A DNA stretch of 64,000 nt, taken from an uncultured Eubacteriales bacterium. Lineage in GTDB: Bacteria; Bacillota; Clostridia; Oscillospirales; CAG-272. Made by a program: the position numbers and the translations under genes. Each line of letters starts with the position of its first letter. The first letter of the stretch is position 1. Positions 59,381 through 64,000 of this stretch are shown here, one piece after another. The stretch is taken from NCBI GenBank assembly GCA_934401725.1, contig CAKRSS010000003.1, forward strand, positions 16,122-80,121. Reading direction: 5' to 3'. Below the pieces are notes generated by a model. It made no database searches. It had not been told where the DNA came from and worked only from the letters and a program-made list of their open reading frames with translations.

Positions 59381-59556
59381 TTTGACGCTCCTTAAATACG
59401 TTGTATAAACACCCAAGTTGTCCCAGGTCAGCCTGGCTTTCCTGTTCATAATATCACATATTGCCGACTTTGTCAATCACAAACCGAGCCGCACACATGA
59501 CAATTTGTGACATGTTTGTGGTTTTGCTGCATTTTCGGCTTTTTGCGGTGCGACGC

Positions 59557-61044
59557 TCAATAGCTGTAGCCTCCGTCGCCGCCGAAGTGGTTGCCGTGCG
59601 AGGCGACGTTGGCGTTGCGACAGGCGCGGTGTGTGCGGCGGGCATGTCGCCTTCCCTGCCCGCTCTTATCCGGAGCGGACTCATCGCGCAGCTCCGCCAT
59701 CACAAACAGAAGAACTGCCAGAAAGGCGTAGGGTATCGGGCAGAACTCTCCGGGATTGACCTGCGACATGAGGAACAGTCCAGCGTACGACACGCCCATG
59801 GCCAGCTTAAACACCGACGTGCGGCGGAATATCGTGTAGACGCGCAGACTGAGCTGGAGACCGTAGGCCGCCACGCCGACAAGCCCAAGGCTGCCGACAA
59901 CCTGCGGTATCATCATGTGGTACCAGTTCATGGCACCCTCGCGGGGCATATAGAGATCCTCATTTCCGCGGTAACCGAGCCCGCGTCCAAACAGATAGTT
60001 CGAGCGGAGATCGTCCATCATGCGGCCGAGCAGGCCGTAGCGCGCTTCGTCCTGCGAGATGAAGCCGCCGAGGTTATCTATACGGTAAAACGCGAGTATA
60101 TGCCCGATATTGAGATACCCCAGCACAAACAGCCCGACGCCCACCGCGCCGTAGATGTACCATATTTTCTTGTCCGCATAGCACAGGTAGACAATGCATA
60201 TGAACAGCTCCACCGTACCCATGAGCAGGCCGCCACGCGAGCCGGACAGCACAATTCCCGTGTACATCAGCGCGAACGAAATGAGGTGTAAGCGGTTCCA
60301 GCCGCCGCGCGAGACAAAGAAACACGGCATAGGCAGCGCGAACATGAGCATTGTCGCGAGGTTGTTGCTGCACTGAAAGTCAACCATGGTGTGCGTCTCG
60401 ATAAAGCTGTCCCAGCCGCGCACGTAGAAGACCGCGATTGAAAAGCAGCACAAAAGTCCCATAGCGTATATCATACCGGCGAAACGGTCGAAAACGTTGT
60501 AGTCGCGGCGCACGCGGACATACGCCCGCGCGCCGAGGTAAACCAACAGCATTCCGACGCCGAGAAAGCCAACGTAATACAGCGCCGTCCCGCTGAAATA
60601 TTCGGCACTCGAAATGGTACCGAGCCCGCCGAGCGTAACCGCGACCGCCACCGCCACGCTTCCCCACAGGTTGACGCCCGTGCGCAGGCGCGGACGGTAC
60701 AGAATCGCGTGAAGCACAATGGCGACTCCGAGCGGTATCGCCATCCAGATGAAGGGCAGGAACGTCTGCGCCGAGTCGTAGCAATCCGAGAGAAAGACGC
60801 TCATAAGCAGCAGCGTCACAAGCGGCGCCAGCGCGTCGCAGCACAGCACCAGCTTGACGATAAAAATCCATGCGAACACCATCGCGCCCACAACCTCGAG
60901 GTCAAGCGCGATAAAGACGCACGCCAGTACAAATTCCACCGCCCAGCAGGCCGGGCTCATAAGCGCCCGATTTATGAATGACTTTACGCCAAGCCACTTC
61001 TGCACTATCGCCTCACCGGCGATGCCTTCGGTGGTATCGTTCAT
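59557..61044 (-). CDS. O-antigen ligase/polymerase family membrane protein (Wzy-like)
   Basis: There are more than 10 TM helices. The Wzy_C-type loop is LSGSRGGLLMGTVE. Confidence 0.7.
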   Translation of the reverse strand: MNDTTEGIAGEAIVQKWLGVKSFINRALMSPACWAVEFVLACVFIALDLEVVGAMVFAWIFIVKLVLCCDALAPLVTLLLMSVFLSDCYDSAQTFLPFIWMAIPLGVAIVLHAILYRPRLRTGVNLWGSVAVAVAVTLGGLGTISSAEYFSGTALYYVGFLGVGMLLVYLGARAYVRVRRDYNVFDRFAGMIYAMGLLCCFSIAVFYVRGWDSFIETHTMVDFQCSNNLATMLMFALPMPCFFVSRGGWNRLHLISFALMYTGIVLSGSRGGLLMGTVELFICIVYLCYADKKIWYIYGAVGVGLFVLGYLNIGHILAFYRIDNLGGFISQDEARYGLLGRMMDDLRSNYLFGRGLGYRGNEDLYMPREGAMNWYHMMIPQVVGSLGLVGVAAYGLQLSLRVYTIFRRTSVFKLAMGVSYAGLFLMSQVNPGEFCPIPYAFLAVLLFVMAELRDESAPDKSGQGRRHARRTHRACRNANVASHGNHFGGDGGYSY

Positions 61045-61922
61045 TATTCAGCCCTCACTGCTTTCCGCGCGACCGGAGGGTTCGCGCTGTCGTAGTTGTT
61101 ATCAAAATATTCAACAAGGTCACCGATGACGCCGTCATAGTTCGAGCAGAGGCAGAGCTCGCATATGCTCTTGACCGCGTCCGACGCGTTCGCCGGGCAG
61201 GCGGATATGTCCGCGTGCCGAAGCATTTCAATATCGTTCTCAAAGTCGCCGACGCAGCATATACACAACGGCTGGCCGGGACGGTCATAAAGTTCGCGGA
61301 AGGCCTCGAGCATGCTGGCCTTGGTGCGGTCCCTGCGGTGGAACTCAATCAGCCGCCGTCCCGACTTATCCGCGCCGAAGATGTCGCCGTAGCGCTCGCG
61401 GCAGGCCTCGCGAACCTGCTCAAGCCGCTCCGGCTCGCCGACCAGCGCAATCTTGAACCACGCCCCGGCTTCCCACTTGTCGAGCGGAAGAAGCGTTATA
61501 TTCTCGTCGGAAACTGCGCGCAGGTTGTGACGGGCTATCTCGTCCGTCGGCTCGACGAGGAAGCCGTTATCGGCGGTCGAGATGCGCAGACCGAGATCGG
61601 GGAAGCTGACGCGCAGAAATCGCGCCATACCGAGCGCCGCGGGCTGCTCCATCAGGTAGTCTCTGATCGAGCGGCGCGCCGAAGCGTCGTAGAGGCAACT
61701 GCCGTTCGAGAGACTGAGCGGCGCGTTGACTATCTCTTCGGGGTGCGGAATAATATTGAAGAGATTTGACGCAGTACGTCCCGTCGCGAAAGTGAAAAGG
61801 CCGCCCTGCAACTTGAAATACTCCGCTGCCTCAAGGTTGCGCGGAACAAGACTGGTACCGCGCCCCATGAAGGTGCCGTCGAGATCGGTCATTATCATAA
61901 GTCCTTTGAATTTCTGACTCAT
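61044..61922 (-). CDS. Cof-type HAD-IIB family hydrolase
   Basis: Motif I is MTDLDGTF. Motif IV is a C-terminal VGDFENDIEML. Confidence 0.8.
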   Translation of the reverse strand: MSQKFKGLMIMTDLDGTFMGRGTSLVPRNLEAAEYFKLQGGLFTFATGRTASNLFNIIPHPEEIVNAPLSLSNGSCLYDASARRSIRDYLMEQPAALGMARFLRVSFPDLGLRISTADNGFLVEPTDEIARHNLRAVSDENITLLPLDKWEAGAWFKIALVGEPERLEQVREACRERYGDIFGADKSGRRLIEFHRRDRTKASMLEAFRELYDRPGQPLCICCVGDFENDIEMLRHADISACPANASDAVKSICELCLCSNYDGVIGDLVEYFDNNYDSANPPVARKAVRAE

Positions 61923-62869
61923 TTTTCTTCTCGTTTCCGTAATATCTCCAGCAGAGCTTCAAAGTCTGCCGGGAATGGGGCATGAAAGCACATCTGCTCG
62001 CCCGTCGACGGGTGTGTCAGCCGCAGCTCGCCCGCAAAAAGACACTGACCGTGAATCAGCGCCGCGTGCGACGCCTCAAAGCGGGTGTGCCCGCCGCCGT
62101 AGGTGGTGTCGCCCATCAGCGGGTGGCCGATGTAAGCCATGTGGACTCTTATCTGGTGCGTCCGTCCCGTCTCAAGCTCGCAGCGCACGAGCGAAAAGCC
62201 CGGATAGCGCTCGAGCACTGACCAGTGCGTAACGGCGTCGCGGCTGTGCGCCGACGGGTCTCGGATGACAGCCATGCGCTTGCGGTTTTTGGGGTCGCGC
62301 CCGAGCGGCGCATCGACCCGGCCGCTGTCCTCGCGCGGGTTGCCCATGAGGATGGCGTAGTAAATGCGGCTCATGTGGTGCCCCCTGAGCTGTGCAGACA
62401 GTCCGGCGTGCGCGGCGTCGTTTTTGGCGACGACCAGCAGTCCCGCCGTGTCCTTATCGATGCGGTGGACGATGCCGGGGCGGCTGACTCCGCCGATGCC
62501 CGACAGCGAGTCGCCGCAGTGATAGAGCAGTGCGTTGACAAGCGTGCCGTCCGGGTTTCCGGCTGCCGGGTGGACGACCATACCGGACGGTTTGTTTATT
62601 ACAATTATGTCCCGGTCCTCGTAAATTATGTCAAGCGGAATGCTTTGAGGCTGCGCCACATCCGGAACCGGGTCGGGCAGCGTGACGTTTACCACATCAC
62701 CGTCGCGTAATAAGTAGTTCTTTTTGACTGCTTTATTGTTGACTGTGATGCCCCCCTCCTCCGCCAGCTTCGCAGCGGCGGAGCGTGAGAGCTCGGTTTC
62801 GGCCGAGACGTAAGCGTCAAGCCGCACCCCGCAGGACTCAGGCGCGGGGGTCAGTGTCAGAGTTTTCAT
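61919..62869 (-). CDS. rluD: RluA-family 23S rRNA pseudouridine synthase (RluD-like)
   Basis: An S4 N-terminus is present (RLDAYVSAETELSRSAAAKLAEEGGITVN), with the catalytic HRIDKDTAGLLVVAKND and HQIRVHM. The ATG at 62869 is chosen. The ORF-track start at 62965 adds a P/T-rich leader that overlaps lspA. Confidence 0.9.
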   Translation of the reverse strand: MKTLTLTPAPESCGVRLDAYVSAETELSRSAAAKLAEEGGITVNNKAVKKNYLLRDGDVVNVTLPDPVPDVAQPQSIPLDIIYEDRDIIVINKPSGMVVHPAAGNPDGTLVNALLYHCGDSLSGIGGVSRPGIVHRIDKDTAGLLVVAKNDAAHAGLSAQLRGHHMSRIYYAILMGNPREDSGRVDAPLGRDPKNRKRMAVIRDPSAHSRDAVTHWSVLERYPGFSLVRCELETGRTHQIRVHMAYIGHPLMGDTTYGGGHTRFEASHAALIHGQCLFAGELRLTHPSTGEQMCFHAPFPADFEALLEILRKREEK

Positions 62870-63473
62870 GCGTGTCGGTAGCGGGGGCGTCGGGGGTTTT
62901 AGTGTCGTGGGCTTTAACCTCGGGAGCATCAGCCTCGGTGGTTGCAGCGTCGGATGAGGTGGCATCGGCAGGGTTATTTGCTGCTCCTGCCGCCTTCCCG
63001 GTACGCGAGGTGCGGATTATATCGCCTATCAGGTACACCACCAGCACGCCCGCGCCGACGCAGACAAACGCGTCCGCGACGTTGAACACCCACGTCCAGA
63101 GCTTGGGGAAAGCGCAGAAATCTATGAAGTCGATGACATACCCGAGAAGCACGCGGTCAATCATGTTTCCGAAGCCGCCTCCGATGATAAAGCTGAGGCC
63201 GAGCCGCGCCCACGTGTTGCCGGGGCGGTAGCGGAAAAGGTAATAGCTCAGCGCTGCGAGTCCCACGACCGAGCCCACGATGAACACCCAACGGTGCTCG
63301 GACAGCAGTCCGAAGGCCATGCCCTCATTCTCAACGTAGGTAAACCTCAGCACGCCGGGTATCACGGGCGTCCCGCCCGCGGGAAGCGACGTGGCAAGCA
63401 GCCATTTAGTTGCCTGATCCAGCCACATGACGCCGACTATAACAAAAAGCCAAACTAACATTTTGTTCTCCAT
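62838..63473 (-). CDS. lspA: Lipoprotein signal peptidase II with an acidic low-complexity C-terminal tail
   Basis: The sequence contains LDQATKW, NEGMAFG, GGFGNMIDR and FNVADAF. The tail of about 55 aa is rich in A/T/D/P. Confidence 0.9.
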   Translation of the reverse strand: MENKMLVWLFVIVGVMWLDQATKWLLATSLPAGGTPVIPGVLRFTYVENEGMAFGLLSEHRWVFIVGSVVGLAALSYYLFRYRPGNTWARLGLSFIIGGGFGNMIDRVLLGYVIDFIDFCAFPKLWTWVFNVADAFVCVGAGVLVVYLIGDIIRTSRTGKAAGAANNPADATSSDAATTEADAPEVKAHDTKTPDAPATDTHENSDTDPRA

Positions 63474-63515
63474 ACCAAACCGGGGGGCATCGGAAAAATG
63501 TCCCCCGGACTTGTT

Positions 63516-64000
63516 TTATTTGTTTTCGATAACGGCGGCACAGCGTGCGCAGATGAAGCCGTCCTCGGTGTGAACGCCCTCGGTTGAGTGCATCCAGCAG
63601 CGGTCGCACTTGTCGCCGGGAGCTACCTCGACCTTGACTCCGATGCCGGAGAGCGTCTCGGTGAACGCGCCCTCGGGAGCCTCGCCCTTGACGAGCTTAA
63701 CGTCGGACACGATGTAAACCGTGCCAAGGTCAGCCGCGAACGAGTCGAGCAGAGCGTATATCTCGTCGTCCGTCGTGTAGACGGTGACGGCGGCGTCGAG
63801 CGACTTGCCGATCAGCTTGTCGGCACGCGCCAGCTCCAGCGCCTTCATAACGTCATCACGCAGAGCGAATAAACGCTCCCAATGCTCGGCGACTTTCGGG
63901 AAATTGAGGTCGTCGCGGTATGCAGGCAGCTCGTTGAGGAAGACGCTCTCGGCGTTGTCCGCACTGACGTGCGCCATGGTGCGCCAGATCTCCTCGGCCG
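63516..64000 (-). CDS. ileS: Isoleucine--tRNA ligase, C-terminal part (5' end outside window)
   Basis: The frame stays open to the window edge. The C-terminal zinc-binding motif is CDRCWMHS...GFICARC. Confidence 0.88.
   Translation of the reverse strand, partial: AEEIWRTMAHVSADNAESVFLNELPAYRDDLNFPKVAEHWERLFALRDDVMKALELARADKLIGKSLDAAVTVYTTDDEIYALLDSFAADLGTVYIVSDVKLVKGEAPEGAFTETLSGIGVKVEVAPGDKCDRCWMHSTEGVHTEDGFICARCAAVIENK

Noticed and set aside
62838-62869. The 32-nt overlap between the lspA 3' end and the rluD start, and the acidic LspA tail, as a possible frameshift or fusion.
   Set aside because: - Both genes are complete with all family motifs.
- The lspA-rluD order is the common arrangement.
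- The overlap is explained by a low-complexity tail extension, not by a disrupted gene.

Overview
High-GC chromosomal segment. The gene order and gene families look like a Gram-positive anaerobe of the Clostridia/Oscillospiraceae type, but that assignment is inferred and was not searched. About 60 protein genes are supported. I found no rRNA, tRNA, CRISPR array, transposase, integrase or recognisable prophage block.

Contents in order:
- 1-7250: an envelope/EPS set with an AraC regulator, a priming sugar transferase, a Wzx-like flippase, a long ECF-type sigma factor, a CAT-fold acyltransferase and a CDP-alcohol phosphatidyltransferase.
- 7800-14235: an accessory hydrolase/lipoprotein block.
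- 14755-25546: a conserved minus-strand housekeeping block (yebC, argS, ybaK, recN, argR, nadK, tlyA, ispA, xseB, xseA, Kae1-like, nusB).
- 25794-28744: cell-wall and lipoprotein genes.
- 28750-39735: a 10.8 kb segment bracketed by an inverted pair of 169-bp structured repeats. It holds a MATE pump, a VTC / DUF4956 / Cthe_2159-like beta-helix lipoprotein operon, and a SecB-like chaperone gene heading a lipoprotein/dipeptidase operon.
- 39816-44365: a large lipoprotein and an orphan phage-tail-fibre-like protein.
- 44433-54931: sugar isomerase, ZIP transporter, metallophosphoesterase-glmM, DUF1846, an OmpR/HK pair and two Gfo/Idh/MocA oxidoreductases.
- 55109-61044: a cpsB-C-D / capD / wzy capsule locus.
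- 61044-64000: HAD hydrolase, rluD, lspA and the 3' end of ileS.

The most notable non-coding signal is two families of highly structured intergenic repeats. Family 1 is an ~80-bp double hairpin. Family 2 is a ~50-bp hairpin that also occurs as a nested 169-bp form.

The best candidates for under-described biology are the VTC-DUF4956-beta-helix operon (a putative envelope polyphosphate module) and the SecB-like-led lipoprotein operon. All family calls come from motif recognition by eye. No database search was run.
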